From positions 476,408 to 540,407 of the forward strand of contig JAXGNG010000003.1 in the NCBI GenBank assembly GCA_040768125.1: DNA of 64,000 nucleotides, read 5' to 3'. The notes beneath the pieces are model-generated. The model was given only the letters and a program-made list of their open reading frames with translations, made no database searches and had not been told where the DNA came from. Below, piece by piece: positions 29,425 to 40,026 of the stretch. Source of the stretch: Spirochaetota bacterium. GTDB lineage: Bacteria; Spirochaetota; UBA4802; UBA5550. Each line of letters opens with the position of its first letter. Positions within the stretch are counted from its first letter, which is position 1. The position numbers were made by a program, and so were the translations under genes.

Positions 29425-31596
29425 ATGCATCTGGAAGACAAACTCATTAACTATTATTTACCCCCGGACGAAGGGTTTATCTTGGAGTCGCTCGTTGCAA
29501 CGACATACGAGATCGATTTTGAATTTCTAGAGGAGGAGTTACTTGCTACATCTCTTGGTGTGCGTTCACCCGTCAGCAGGTGGAAGGGATTTCGATCCGA
29601 GCTAGAGAGGAAACTTCAGGCAGCAGATGTTACCATCTTCTATGATCCGGGCGGCTGTGATAAACTAACCAGAATGTCACCCCGGATTGATATTATACCT
29701 GTAATCACCCGGAAGCTTCATGCGAAAATATCAATAATTCTTTGGGTTAAACAAGCAATCAAAGAAAGCAAGAGTCCAGAGTATTTTATCCGTTTAATAA
29801 TAGGGTCAGCAAACCTGACCAGAAAAGGATTCCGTGAGAATTATGAATGTGCCGTGGCAATCGACTATTCAAGGAAGCAATCGGGTTCGAGATGGGTCCT
29901 TAATGAAGCAATAGAGATTATTCGTGAGTTGGCAAAAGGTTCAACAAGCACATTGCTGGATCGTCAATTGATGGCGGTCGAATCAAGATTGAAACGCATG
30001 CCAAAGCAAAGAGAAAGCAAGATTGGCCCTGTTGCATTTGTCACAGCTGATCAAGTCGTACCTCAATTGAAGTGGGCCTGGAGCAAGATTTCTCGGAAGG
30101 CCCCCGAAAGGATGATCATTGTTTCTCCATTCTGGCCCGTGGGGGATAGGGCAGCTAGTGTTGTAGCAAATTTGGTGAATAATTTTGGATCGCCTGGTCG
30201 AGTCGAGCTTGTATGTCAGGGGGCGTCGGATATTGCAACAGGCAAATGGATTCCCAGATTCGATTCTGATCTGGCTTATGGGGTGTGTAATCTACTCCAC
30301 TCACGATTATATATAAGACCCGCCAAGCCAGATTTTGGAATCGATGAAGGGATGGGACGACCTGATCCCACTATCGATACAGAAGATTCTACTATTTCTG
30401 ATCGTAAGATTGGAACAAATGGGCTAGGGTTCTTGCAGAGAAAACTCCATGCCAAGATGATAATTCTGGAATGTGTCAATGGAGCGGTGATATATATTGG
30501 TTCTTCAAATTGTACTAGAAGAGGCCTATCGTTGGGTGGACCGACAAACTGGGAGGCCGGTCTAATATTTCATTACCCCAAGGGAAGTAACCAGATAGTC
30601 GAGAAGATGATGGCATTTGCAGGCGATGCGATTGAAGTTCAAGAAAATGACAGAATTAGTATGGAAAAGCCAACAGAAGATCCTGAGAGATTCTTCCCAC
30701 GCTTCATTTTCGAGGTGGTAGCATCTGAGTCTAAAATTGTAATCTATTTCCGTGAAGGGATGCAGATACCGGAAGATCTTGTTGTTTTAATGAGAGTAAC
30801 CGATTCTAGTGAACGGAATAAGTATTGGCTCCTGATTGATAATGATGCCAGAGATAAAATCATGTCGGATAAATATGAAACCGACCTTCACGAATGTCAT
30901 ATCTGTGATGAGTCACTTGAGCATCTTGAGGATGAAGTAATTACGAAGTACATACCAGACCTATTGATTGAGATACGCTGGGATGATCATAATGCCGAGT
31001 TCCCTGTTCGTTTTGACGACAAAGCATCTCTTCCTCTGTTATTGCAAAGCAGGAGATATACTGAAGACGAGCTTTTGGATTATTTCAAGACTGGGTATGA
31101 TCCAAATAGCGATTCTGGGGGCACTGATCTGGGTTGGGGTGATGATGAACAGAATACTGATAAATCTAATGAATATGGCCAGGTGGATACTCGTAAAATA
31201 TTGTCATACCACATCCGCCGATTCATACAGGCACTTCCAGGTATTGAAACTGAACTTCATCACGCTGCTTATAGTAAGCCTGCATTGGAGGCAGCGTTAC
31301 GTGGACCTACAAGTCCACTTGAATTGGCTAACCGTATCTACTTGAGTTTAACCGAAGCACGAGGTCCTGATGAGCCGAAAAGGACTCCCGTTGCTATTGT
31401 GTTCCAACTTGTCGAATTACTTGCTTCTCTTTCGAGATGTAAAAAGCAGATCAAGGATACTGAACTAAAGCAATGCTTTGATCCGGTCATAAATCATTGT
31501 CATGACTTGATCGCCGAAGTACGGGAGCAGGCAATAGAATCAGAGGATGATCTCTTTAAAACATATATTGAGACATTTGCCGGGAGGTTGAATTGA
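29425..31596 (+). CDS. Phospholipase D-superfamily nuclease with two HxK motifs
   Basis: LHAKISI...IGSANLT and LHAKMII...IGSSNCT...NWEAG. Confidence 0.8.
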   Translation: MHLEDKLINYYLPPDEGFILESLVATTYEIDFEFLEEELLATSLGVRSPVSRWKGFRSELERKLQAADVTIFYDPGGCDKLTRMSPRIDIIPVITRKLHAKISIILWVKQAIKESKSPEYFIRLIIGSANLTRKGFRENYECAVAIDYSRKQSGSRWVLNEAIEIIRELAKGSTSTLLDRQLMAVESRLKRMPKQRESKIGPVAFVTADQVVPQLKWAWSKISRKAPERMIIVSPFWPVGDRAASVVANLVNNFGSPGRVELVCQGASDIATGKWIPRFDSDLAYGVCNLLHSRLYIRPAKPDFGIDEGMGRPDPTIDTEDSTISDRKIGTNGLGFLQRKLHAKMIILECVNGAVIYIGSSNCTRRGLSLGGPTNWEAGLIFHYPKGSNQIVEKMMAFAGDAIEVQENDRISMEKPTEDPERFFPRFIFEVVASESKIVIYFREGMQIPEDLVVLMRVTDSSERNKYWLLIDNDARDKIMSDKYETDLHECHICDESLEHLEDEVITKYIPDLLIEIRWDDHNAEFPVRFDDKASLPLLLQSRRYTEDELLDYFKTGYDPNSDSGGTDLGWGDDEQNTDKSNEYGQVDTRKILSYHIRRFIQALPGIETELHHAAYSKPALEAALRGPTSPLELANRIYLSLTEARGPDEPKRTPVAIVFQLVELLASLSRCKKQIKDTELKQCFDPVINHCHDLIAEVREQAIESEDDLFKTYIETFAGRLN

Positions 31597-34500
31597 AGAT
31601 TTCACGAGATATAAATCTTGGGCTGTCGTTGCGTAAAGTGTTCGGCAACGACAAGAAATCAAATTCCCAGGTACGGGAGGATCAAGCTCGGCAAACAGCT
31701 ACCGCAAATGAAATACTCAAGCGCTTCTTTAGTTCAAGTAGTGTATCAAGACGTGAAATGATTCTGCTGGCTGATGAGGTAGGTTTGGGTAAAACCTATG
31801 TCGCGCTGGCTGTAGCTGTATCAATATTGGATGCGATAAGAAAGGGCAGGGCCCCGTCCGGTATGCCCTCTTATCAACCGGTTGTCATCGTATTTACTCC
31901 CAACAATAAGGCATTGCATAATAAGTGGATTCGCGAGGCTGAAGAATTCAAGAACAATTGTACCCGCGGGAACAAACTTGATTGGCTGCAGATATTCCAA
32001 CCTGACCCTGATGGTGATAATGTCGGAAATATCATTGAAATGACAGACAAGATAAGTAGTGCAACCCGCGCCAAACCAGTTCTCATTATCGCCAGGCATG
32101 GTGTGATGCGCAGGCAATTACACCAAAAGGAAATCTGGCAAAAGCGAGCTCTTGCGGTTATATTCAAAGAGAAACATTTCAATAATAAACTTAGAAAATG
32201 GTGTTGCCGTGCGGTGTTTAACGATTCTCGTAAATCAACAAGGGGAGATTTATATGATTTAAAGAAGTCAGAATATTTGTGGGATGATGGAATATCCTCT
32301 GATCTGAAAACGGCATTCAAACGTGCTCTCTTGAGTAGCGATTTCAACGAATGGATAGATACGTGTATTGATGAAAGAGATGCAGGGGAATTTTACGCAG
32401 TTATCAATGAACTTATCAGGCAGGCCTTGGCACAAGATTGGCCGCCAATACCGCTTGTTATCATTGATGAAATACATGGTTTGAAGAATAAACATGTTCA
32501 ACATAGAAAACAATTGGAGCGTTACCTTGAAGGGAAGGTACACCGTATTCTTGGTCTGTCTGCGACTCCTTTCCAACTATATCACGAAGAGCTATTGAGT
32601 GTTTTGGAGTTGAGGTCAATTCTTAAAATCAAGCGAAGTAGATCTCGTGAACTTGATAAAATGACAGAGAAACTAGAAGAAGCTTTAATCGATTCACGAA
32701 ACAAAGGAGAAGAATTTAGAGCACGATGGCAGGCTCTATGGTCGCATGATAAAGATGTAATCTATGGGTTATGGGAAAGGTCACAGAGTTTAAATATAAA
32801 GTCTGGAGGTCTGTTAATCAGCCAGGTGCGCCCGGAACGGGTAGCCAAGGCTTTGAAAACAGCAATTGACCTCGAGAATGCTAACAGCAGGTTATCGGAA
32901 CATTTAAAGCAGTTTGTAATACGTCATCGACATGCTCGTGGATATCGCGAACATTTTGTCGGTAGAAATGTAGATGGTGAGGCTGGTACCAGTAGAGGAA
33001 CTGTCAACTTTCAATGGGCACCGGGAATCGAAGTTGATGGCGGTGAGGAGCTGGTGCACTATATGATGATGCGTGCAGTTTCTTTAGCGAAGGAAGAGAA
33101 AGGTTTACCTGGCTTGGGGGCCGAGTTGACTGGTAGTTATCGTCATCTTGTAGAGACTTCAGCTGTGTGGAGACGTATTAAAGATGCTGAAAATCCTTCA
33201 TTAAGAGATTATCGCAAGATACTTGATCGTCATATTGATCAACCCTCGGCTGATTCCACACACCGGAAGATTGCTGCAACTGTGAATCGTACACTGGAAT
33301 TCTTCAAGAAGGGGCAGAAAACTATTATATTCTGTGTATATACAAAGACTGCAGAAGCAGTAAGGGACCAGCTCGAAGAGGCAATCAATAATCATTTTGT
33401 GTCAACAAGAGACCGTGTGTTTGGGAGTGAACAAGCATTCGAGAATTTCAGGAGAAGGTTCTTCAATAAACGAGAACCTCTCAATTCAATGATACAGGAT
33501 CATCCTCTTCTGGGCAAACTGTCTGATAATACTATTGGCATCCCGGATCAATTGAAATTGAACAAAGAAGATCTTGAGCGAGTGGCTGAATTATTGGTTA
33601 TAAAAGGTGAGGATCCAAATAGTGACAGACCCGACAGGCGGCTGATATTGTCGGCTGTCGAACATATTTTGGTTTTGAAATGGAAGAATCTTAGACAAGG
33701 AAAGAAATGGCTAGAGAGGGTATTCAAGAATTGCCCGGATCTTGAAGATGACATTTCCAGCCAGACCTGGCTCGATGGCAGGGTCCCTTTGTCATCAAGA
33801 AGAAAAAGCCGGCGCACGTATGAAGTAATCGATCCAGAGGCCAATGATACAATTGCCGACCCCCTTGATGTCGAAAATGAAGATGATGAATCGATGCTTA
33901 GTGTCAGAAGAAGGAATGATCAAGGATATTTCTCTGCATGGATGAAACGTTTTAGAGAAAAAGCTGTTTCAAGTATAATAGCCCCATATATCGAAACACC
34001 ATCGGTTGCCGCCAAACGATATCGGGTTCCATTGTTAATAGAACATCATGGCGATTTGTTGTCAATGTTGGATAAAGAAACTCGATCTGTAGCCGGCCAT
34101 GTATTCAGGCGTATATTGATGGCTGAAGAATTTCTTTTAAGATATCTTGCCGATATTGAAAAGGATAAATCGGAACGTTGGTATGATTTTCTCGAAAAGC
34201 GATACCTTGAACCAATACATGAAACAGGTGAATCTTTGAGGGATCGTGTTCATGCATATCTTGAAACCCTGGTCAGAGCTGATAGGAACATTGCATTGCT
34301 GGAAGGTTATCAGAAAGCTTCTGAAAACCGTAATGTAGTACAGCTTACCAGGGGTGATACACAGGACAGGGATCGTTATTTTCTCGGTTTCAATACACCA
34401 TATCGTCCGGAGATTCTCATTTCAACTGCCGTTGGGCAAGAGGGCATCGATTTACATCGTGAGTGTCGGCATGTAATTCATCATGATCTGTGCTGGAACC

Positions 34501-34901
34501 CTGCAACAATAGAACAGCGTACGGGGCGGGTTGATCGAATTGGGAGTAAGGTTGAACGTGAACGGATGGGAGCTGCTGATGGTGAGGGACCGACACTGGA
34601 AATAGCGATACCCTACCTTGCTGCGACATATGATGAGCGTATGTTTGAGGAGCTTTATAAACGATCACAGCTTTTTGAAGTAACTTTAGGCGGTGAGTTT
34701 TTAGTTGATGGACGGATTGAAGAAGAATCGGTTTCGTTGGAGAAAAGACGTCGTAAACGAATGGGTATTAATACCGAAGATAATGAGGATCTGGGTTCTG
34801 CACCCATGGATGAATCAAGTATAGTGGCATTGCCACCCGATATGGTTGAACGTTTGAGGGTGGACCTCGCTGTCTGGAAGAGTCCGAAGAGAAAGAGTTG
34901 A
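31593..34901 (+). CDS. SF2 (SNF2-like) helicase
   Basis: LADEVGLGKT, IIDEIH, SATPFQ, STAVGQEGIDLH and WNPATIEQRTGRVDR. TTG start overlaps the PLD stop. Confidence 0.88.
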   Translation: MKISRDINLGLSLRKVFGNDKKSNSQVREDQARQTATANEILKRFFSSSSVSRREMILLADEVGLGKTYVALAVAVSILDAIRKGRAPSGMPSYQPVVIVFTPNNKALHNKWIREAEEFKNNCTRGNKLDWLQIFQPDPDGDNVGNIIEMTDKISSATRAKPVLIIARHGVMRRQLHQKEIWQKRALAVIFKEKHFNNKLRKWCCRAVFNDSRKSTRGDLYDLKKSEYLWDDGISSDLKTAFKRALLSSDFNEWIDTCIDERDAGEFYAVINELIRQALAQDWPPIPLVIIDEIHGLKNKHVQHRKQLERYLEGKVHRILGLSATPFQLYHEELLSVLELRSILKIKRSRSRELDKMTEKLEEALIDSRNKGEEFRARWQALWSHDKDVIYGLWERSQSLNIKSGGLLISQVRPERVAKALKTAIDLENANSRLSEHLKQFVIRHRHARGYREHFVGRNVDGEAGTSRGTVNFQWAPGIEVDGGEELVHYMMMRAVSLAKEEKGLPGLGAELTGSYRHLVETSAVWRRIKDAENPSLRDYRKILDRHIDQPSADSTHRKIAATVNRTLEFFKKGQKTIIFCVYTKTAEAVRDQLEEAINNHFVSTRDRVFGSEQAFENFRRRFFNKREPLNSMIQDHPLLGKLSDNTIGIPDQLKLNKEDLERVAELLVIKGEDPNSDRPDRRLILSAVEHILVLKWKNLRQGKKWLERVFKNCPDLEDDISSQTWLDGRVPLSSRRKSRRTYEVIDPEANDTIADPLDVENEDDESMLSVRRRNDQGYFSAWMKRFREKAVSSIIAPYIETPSVAAKRYRVPLLIEHHGDLLSMLDKETRSVAGHVFRRILMAEEFLLRYLADIEKDKSERWYDFLEKRYLEPIHETGESLRDRVHAYLETLVRADRNIALLEGYQKASENRNVVQLTRGDTQDRDRYFLGFNTPYRPEILISTAVGQEGIDLHRECRHVIHHDLCWNPATIEQRTGRVDRIGSKVERERMGAADGEGPTLEIAIPYLAATYDERMFEELYKRSQLFEVTLGGEFLVDGRIEEESVSLEKRRRKRMGINTEDNEDLGSAPMDESSIVALPPDMVERLRVDLAVWKSPKRKS

Positions 34902-34990
34902 TATTGGATATTGAAAAATCAATAATGATTATTAAAAATAAGAAAAAAGTGTATTAATTATCACGATATGATAACATTGAATGGTTAAAT

Positions 34991-36892
34991 ATGCCCCACC
35001 TCCACCCACCATCCCTCGACCACCTCGACTCCCGTTTCGATTCGGAGAAGGAAGTGTACGGCCGCATGGCCGCCCTGGATGACTCCTACCATGTATTTCA
35101 CTCGGTCACTTGGAAAGACTCCCGTGACGGCGAGTGCGACATCATAATATTCCATGAGCTCAAAGGCTTTATCGCACTTGAAGTAAAGGGCGGCGGAGTG
35201 AAGCATGATGGAAGGATCTGGACCTCTACCGACCGCTTTGGAGAAGTCCACTTCATCCATAATCCGGTGAAACAGGCCAGAGACGCCATGTTTGCTATTA
35301 AGCGCACCTGGGAAGAAAAGTATCGGACTGACTTGCCAGGAGTGTTCACCTGGGCAGTCTGCTTTCCTGACTGCGCCTGGGACTCATCCTGCCGCACACT
35401 GGACTTGCCGGAACATGCGGTCCTGGAATCGAAAGGCCTTAATGATATCAAATCATGGGTTGAACGCCAGTTCCATGAACAGGAAAAGCGTCATGGATCG
35501 AAGATACTATCAAAGAATGACATGAAACAGTTCCTTGACCTATTTGACAAGACCATGTCAGTGCCCCTATCCCTGAACCGCGCCATTGTGCGCCAGGAGG
35601 AGGAGCTCCGTATCACTGACCGGATGCAGGACTACCTGCTGGACCTTTTTGACGACAAGGTACGCATCGGGTTCCAGGGCGCCGCGGGTACGGGTAAGAC
35701 CTGGATTGCCATGAAAAAGGCCCGACGGCTGGCCGAAGAGGGGAAATCGGTTCTGTTGCTCACCTACAACCGCCATGTGAACGATTTCCTATCACAAGCG
35801 CTTGGTAATGTCGAATCAATAACAGTAAAGACCTTCCATGCCTTTGCACAGGGCATTATCCGGGAGTACCTGAAAGACCATCTGGTTGATCCGGGTTGTC
35901 AGAAGTGCTTTTTTGCCTGCATCGACGGCCTGGCAAATCAGGTGGGCGAGAGTAGTGATGGTGAAAGTGAAAAGAGCGGCAGGAAAAAAGAACTAACCAT
36001 TGACAATAAATTAAATGGGGCCCTTCATTTTTTAAGCATCATCCCGGATGATATGGCATGTAGTGATATACTAAATGACCATGGGGCTGACCTGCCGGCA
36101 GCTGTGCGCCAGGTGATGAAATATCTTTTGCCTGATGGGGAAGGTGATTATTATGCGGACCGAGTCCCCCTGGCGGTGATGTCAATTTTTGAAGCCGACC
36201 AGAAGATGCGCGAACGGTATCATTATGATGCACTCCTCATTGACGAGGCGCAGGACTTTCACAAACATTGGTGCGAGTGTCTCAAGTACCTGTTTCTGGA
36301 TTATTCAGATCGCATCTGCTACATTTTTTATGATGACAACCAGACCATCTTCACCAGTGATGCCGAGCTGCCGGTCACTGACCTGATAGCCTCGGCTGGG
36401 CTGGAAGATCATATCTTCAGGTTACGTGACAATCTTCGAAACACTGCATTGATCCATGACTATGCCGTTGCAAAAACCGGGATGGGGGCCACGGCAAGGC
36501 CTTTCGAGATTTCCGGCATGAGTCCGGAAGAGATAAATGTTAAGAGCGATGCTGCCGGGAGATCAGCTGTAGCGGATATTTTGAAAGATCTCATTGAAAC
36601 TCACGGCATCAGCCGGGACCGTATTGCAATTTTATCCAATCGGAGCATGGATAAATCGATATTCGGGGACATGCAGGTCATCGGCGGATATAGTATTACC
36701 GAAGGTTCCGGTGCTCGGGGCGGTGTGCGATTCCGGACCATTCAGAAGTTCAAGGGCCTTGAGTCTGATGTAGTAATTCTAATCATCCATAAAAGGGCCC
36801 AGGAGAAAGAGGCACGCTTTCTGGCTGAGGAATTGCTCTATGTGGGGTATACTAGGGCGAAGCATTTGCTGTGGGTGGTGGAGGTAGAGTAA
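34991..36892 (+). CDS. NERD nuclease fused to a UvrD-like SF1 helicase
   Basis: GECDII...LEVKGG (NERD), GAAGTGKT, IDEAQDF, TIQKFKGLE and YVGYTRAK. Confidence 0.85.
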   Translation: MPHLHPPSLDHLDSRFDSEKEVYGRMAALDDSYHVFHSVTWKDSRDGECDIIIFHELKGFIALEVKGGGVKHDGRIWTSTDRFGEVHFIHNPVKQARDAMFAIKRTWEEKYRTDLPGVFTWAVCFPDCAWDSSCRTLDLPEHAVLESKGLNDIKSWVERQFHEQEKRHGSKILSKNDMKQFLDLFDKTMSVPLSLNRAIVRQEEELRITDRMQDYLLDLFDDKVRIGFQGAAGTGKTWIAMKKARRLAEEGKSVLLLTYNRHVNDFLSQALGNVESITVKTFHAFAQGIIREYLKDHLVDPGCQKCFFACIDGLANQVGESSDGESEKSGRKKELTIDNKLNGALHFLSIIPDDMACSDILNDHGADLPAAVRQVMKYLLPDGEGDYYADRVPLAVMSIFEADQKMRERYHYDALLIDEAQDFHKHWCECLKYLFLDYSDRICYIFYDDNQTIFTSDAELPVTDLIASAGLEDHIFRLRDNLRNTALIHDYAVAKTGMGATARPFEISGMSPEEINVKSDAAGRSAVADILKDLIETHGISRDRIAILSNRSMDKSIFGDMQVIGGYSITEGSGARGGVRFRTIQKFKGLESDVVILIIHKRAQEKEARFLAEELLYVGYTRAKHLLWVVEVE

Positions 36893-36944
36893 AATCGATT
36901 TCTCAACTATCTTTACTATAATGATCATAAATTAGGTGGAATCT

Positions 36945-37988
36945 ATGGAAAAAGCACTCCTTATTAACGTTGACAAAAGAAATCTGTTTGAAATTTCTGA
37001 CTATAAGAATGAACTTGAATTACAGGAATTGATAAAAGATAATCCTTCTCTGGTCAATATCAGTGCGATATTTGACTCCCCATTATTAATGATTGCAAGG
37101 GAAGCACTTCATATAGATGTTCTTGCACTTACCAGTGACTGTGTTCCAGTAATAATAGAGTGCAAGAGAAAGAATAATCCAGATATGAGGTATTTAATTG
37201 CTCAAATTTTTGAATATGCTTCATTGCTGCAGACCAAATCATATGGAGATATTGTAGATATCGCAAATAGATTTTTCTCAAGCGGCAAATGTGCTGAATC
37301 AAAATACAAAAATCATACTTTCTATGAAAACTTTTCTGTATTTATTAAAGAACATGGCAATGATGATTATACTGAGGAAGGGTCTTTCCAGGCAAGAATT
37401 GATAATAATTTAAAATCAGGTCAATTTTACTGCGTTATTGTAGTGGATTCTCTTGATGAAAACACAAGAAGATCAATAGACTTTTTTAATGATAAACTTG
37501 AAAAACTAAGAATTGAAGTTATAGAAGTAAAAAAACTCAAATCCAATGGTATGAGTATTTATATTCCTTTTCACGCAAATCCTCCACGGCAGATTGTTCA
37601 GGAAAAAAATACACCAGGCAGGATCAGTTTCAATGAAATGATTGAGAAAGGGACATTAAGACAGGCTGAAATTGTTAAAGAAATAGTTGATTTTTGGTGT
37701 AATCAGGATGACTGCAAAAAGGAAATGGGAACAACCGGATTAAGTTTGAGATATAAGCAATATTCATTATTCTGGGTATTTATAGATCGAATGCATATTG
37801 CTAATCCTTTATCGACCCAATTGGAAAGAGAGAAAAAGGATGTTGGGATTTGCGAAATATTAAAAGAAAAAATTCAGGCTGAATATAAAAAGAAACAAAT
37901 ATTTTTCGACGAAAAAGGTATTTCAATTGAAAAATTGAAGAATACAATTGTTGATATATTAAATACTTTCAAAGAACGGATTGAATAA
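36945..37988 (+). CDS. NucS/EndoMS (DUF91)-like PD-(D/E)XK nuclease
   Basis: ELELQELI...IDVLAL...IIECKR...AQIFEYA; AGGTGG RBS before the ATG at 36945. Confidence 0.65.
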   Translation: MEKALLINVDKRNLFEISDYKNELELQELIKDNPSLVNISAIFDSPLLMIAREALHIDVLALTSDCVPVIIECKRKNNPDMRYLIAQIFEYASLLQTKSYGDIVDIANRFFSSGKCAESKYKNHTFYENFSVFIKEHGNDDYTEEGSFQARIDNNLKSGQFYCVIVVDSLDENTRRSIDFFNDKLEKLRIEVIEVKKLKSNGMSIYIPFHANPPRQIVQEKNTPGRISFNEMIEKGTLRQAEIVKEIVDFWCNQDDCKKEMGTTGLSLRYKQYSLFWVFIDRMHIANPLSTQLEREKKDVGICEILKEKIQAEYKKKQIFFDEKGISIEKLKNTIVDILNTFKERIE

Positions 37989-38026
37989 CTTTTAGAATCC
38001 ACTATGCGTGGAAAAATTATCATCAA

Positions 38027-38221
38027 TCATTCCTCAAACGGATTAATCTTCATCTTCTTGCAGTAAAACACACACTTCTTGATCAGCTCCCCCTTGAGCA
38101 CCTTCCTCTTCATCTTCTGCTGTAGATAATTCACGAAATCATCGACCGCCAGGTCTTCTTCCGGTGTGAACTTGACATTGGGGCGCACGACGCTGCTGTA
38201 TTGGTTCTTTTTCTCAGCCAT
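38027..38221 (-). CDS. Small basic protein, putative (RHH-like) repressor of the recombinase module
   Basis: 64-aa Lys-rich ORF directly downstream of a consensus promoter; divergent from the recombinases. Confidence 0.55.
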   Translation of the reverse strand: MAEKKNQYSSVVRPNVKFTPEEDLAVDDFVNYLQQKMKRKVLKGELIKKCVFYCKKMKINPFEE

Positions 38222-38228
38222 GAAAATT

Positions 38229-38316
38229 ATTATAAATCAATAATCGTATATGTCAATCTTTTAGACGTTTTGGTTCGAAAAAAGTACTTGACACATAGAC
38301 GTCTAAGTGTTATATT
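38229..38316. promoter_or_regulatory. Back-to-back sigma70 promoters with a palindromic operator
   Basis: Minus strand: TTGACA (38256-38251), 16 nt, TATAAT (38234-38229). Plus strand: TTGACA (38288-38293), 17 nt, TATATT (38311-38316). The 20-bp palindrome ACACATAGACGTCTAAGTGT (38291-38310) has one mismatch. Confidence 0.78.
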
Positions 38317-38341
38317 CTATGTATCAGATATCGGGAGTAAT

Positions 38342-38521
38342 ATGAAAGATAACGACAAAAATAAGCCCCATGGTGCCTCGATTCAGCCTGATTCACAGGA
38401 TAAAACCAAGACTCAGGCCCAGGAATTCATTGAGCATTTCTCCAAGCTCGATCAAAGCACACGGGAACGCTATATAAAAGCCATTCTCAAATTATACTAT
38501 ATTTTACGCGATGAAAAATAA
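38342..38521 (+). CDS. Small hypothetical protein, first gene of the recombinase operon
   Basis: GGGAG RBS and ATG at 38342 after the plus-strand promoter; overlaps the recombinase start. Confidence 0.5.
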   Translation: MKDNDKNKPHGASIQPDSQDKTKTQAQEFIEHFSKLDQSTRERYIKAILKLYYILRDEK

Positions 38522-40016
38522 GATCGAACATTCTATCGAGCTTTTTAATGCTATTGAGAAAGGACTCGAGAAATCACGGGAGCTCTCCCTGCCACCGGCC
38601 TTTGCCTATGATCGGGTAAGCACCGCTGAGCAGGCGGACGGCCTGAGCCTGGAATACCAGAGCCAGGGTGCGGAAAAGTATGCCCGGGAGCATGATTTGC
38701 ATATAGCCCATTATTTTACAATCGCCGAAAGCGCCTCAAAGGAGGGGCGGCGGGTATTCAACGAAATGATCGACATGGCGCTGCGGTTTGACGTGAAGCA
38801 CTTGATTTTCAAGTCAACGGACAGAATGTCGCGCAATTACCGGGACCTTGCCCGAATCATCGACCTGATCGAGCGCCATGATTTTGCCATACATTTTTAT
38901 CAAACAAACAAAGTCATCACCAGGGAATCGTCGCATGATGAGAAATTCATCATCGGGATCGAACAGGCTGTGGCAAAGCACCTGTCAGACAAGATAAGCC
39001 ATGATATACGAAATGTGAACAAGTACAAGGTCCAGAAAGGGATTTATTGCGGTCAGGCACCTTATGGATACAAATATGACAGACAGCAGAAAAGATTTGT
39101 TATCGATAAAAATACCGAATACATCCTCAGGTTCATTTTCGATGAATTTGATACAGGCAGATACAGCCTAGAGACATTACGTGAGCTCCTCAACAGGAAA
39201 AGGATCGCAGCCGCGAAAGGGGGCGAATGGTCCAAATCGAGCGTGTATCAGACATTGAAAAATCCCTTTTACCATGGAGAATTCATCCATGACGGCACGC
39301 TCTTGAAGGGAAACCATGAGACCTATTATGACCGCGAGCGGTTTGAGGAGCGGATGAAAAAGATGAAGCTAAGCTGTGTGACCAGCCGGAACAGGAATCA
39401 TGCGGCGCTGTTGCAAAAATTGATGATGTGCGAATGCGGCAAGATCATGACCCCGGACCTCAAGAAGAGGAAGTATCTCTACTATGTGCATAAATGCTCT
39501 CATAAGAATATGCGGCAGTCCACTATAGCTGAAAGGGTTTTGTTTGCGCGTATCGATAAAAAGATCAACGGGATCAGGTTTTATCCGGAATCAGCTGATA
39601 TGATGAAAGCATTGTTCGGAAACACGATAATCAACCATAAGAAAGAGCGTAATAGTGAAATTATGGGACAAAGGCGCAGGTTAAGCGGCCTGGAATTGAA
39701 AAAGAACAGGCTCTATGATCTCTATTCTGAGGATGAGAATTTCAGCAGGGAGGATCTCAAGAGAAAGCTATTGGAAATAGATCGATCCATTGTGTCACTG
39801 AGATCGTATCTTTCATCGCTGGAGCAGGATCAAAAACAGGTCACGCTGGATGTTGAAGACGTGATTGTCGTATTCCTGGGGCTTCGCGATGTGTATAAGA
39901 CATCTAAAAGCGAGAAGAAGGCCCGTATCCTGAAAGAGATGGCTGAAAGCATCAAAGTCAATAAAGAAGCACTGACGATTAACTGGAAAAAACCATTTTC
40001 TTACTTCATTCAATAG
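38511..40016 (+). CDS. Large serine recombinase 1
   Basis: YDRVSTAEQ catalytic Ser, STDRMSRN, APYGY, NPFYHG, zinc ribbon CECG, and a coiled coil. Confidence 0.92.
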   Translation: MKNKIEHSIELFNAIEKGLEKSRELSLPPAFAYDRVSTAEQADGLSLEYQSQGAEKYAREHDLHIAHYFTIAESASKEGRRVFNEMIDMALRFDVKHLIFKSTDRMSRNYRDLARIIDLIERHDFAIHFYQTNKVITRESSHDEKFIIGIEQAVAKHLSDKISHDIRNVNKYKVQKGIYCGQAPYGYKYDRQQKRFVIDKNTEYILRFIFDEFDTGRYSLETLRELLNRKRIAAAKGGEWSKSSVYQTLKNPFYHGEFIHDGTLLKGNHETYYDRERFEERMKKMKLSCVTSRNRNHAALLQKLMMCECGKIMTPDLKKRKYLYYVHKCSHKNMRQSTIAERVLFARIDKKINGIRFYPESADMMKALFGNTIINHKKERNSEIMGQRRRLSGLELKKNRLYDLYSEDENFSREDLKRKLLEIDRSIVSLRSYLSSLEQDQKQVTLDVEDVIVVFLGLRDVYKTSKSEKKARILKEMAESIKVNKEALTINWKKPFSYFIQ

Positions 40017-40026
40017 GGCTGCTCCC

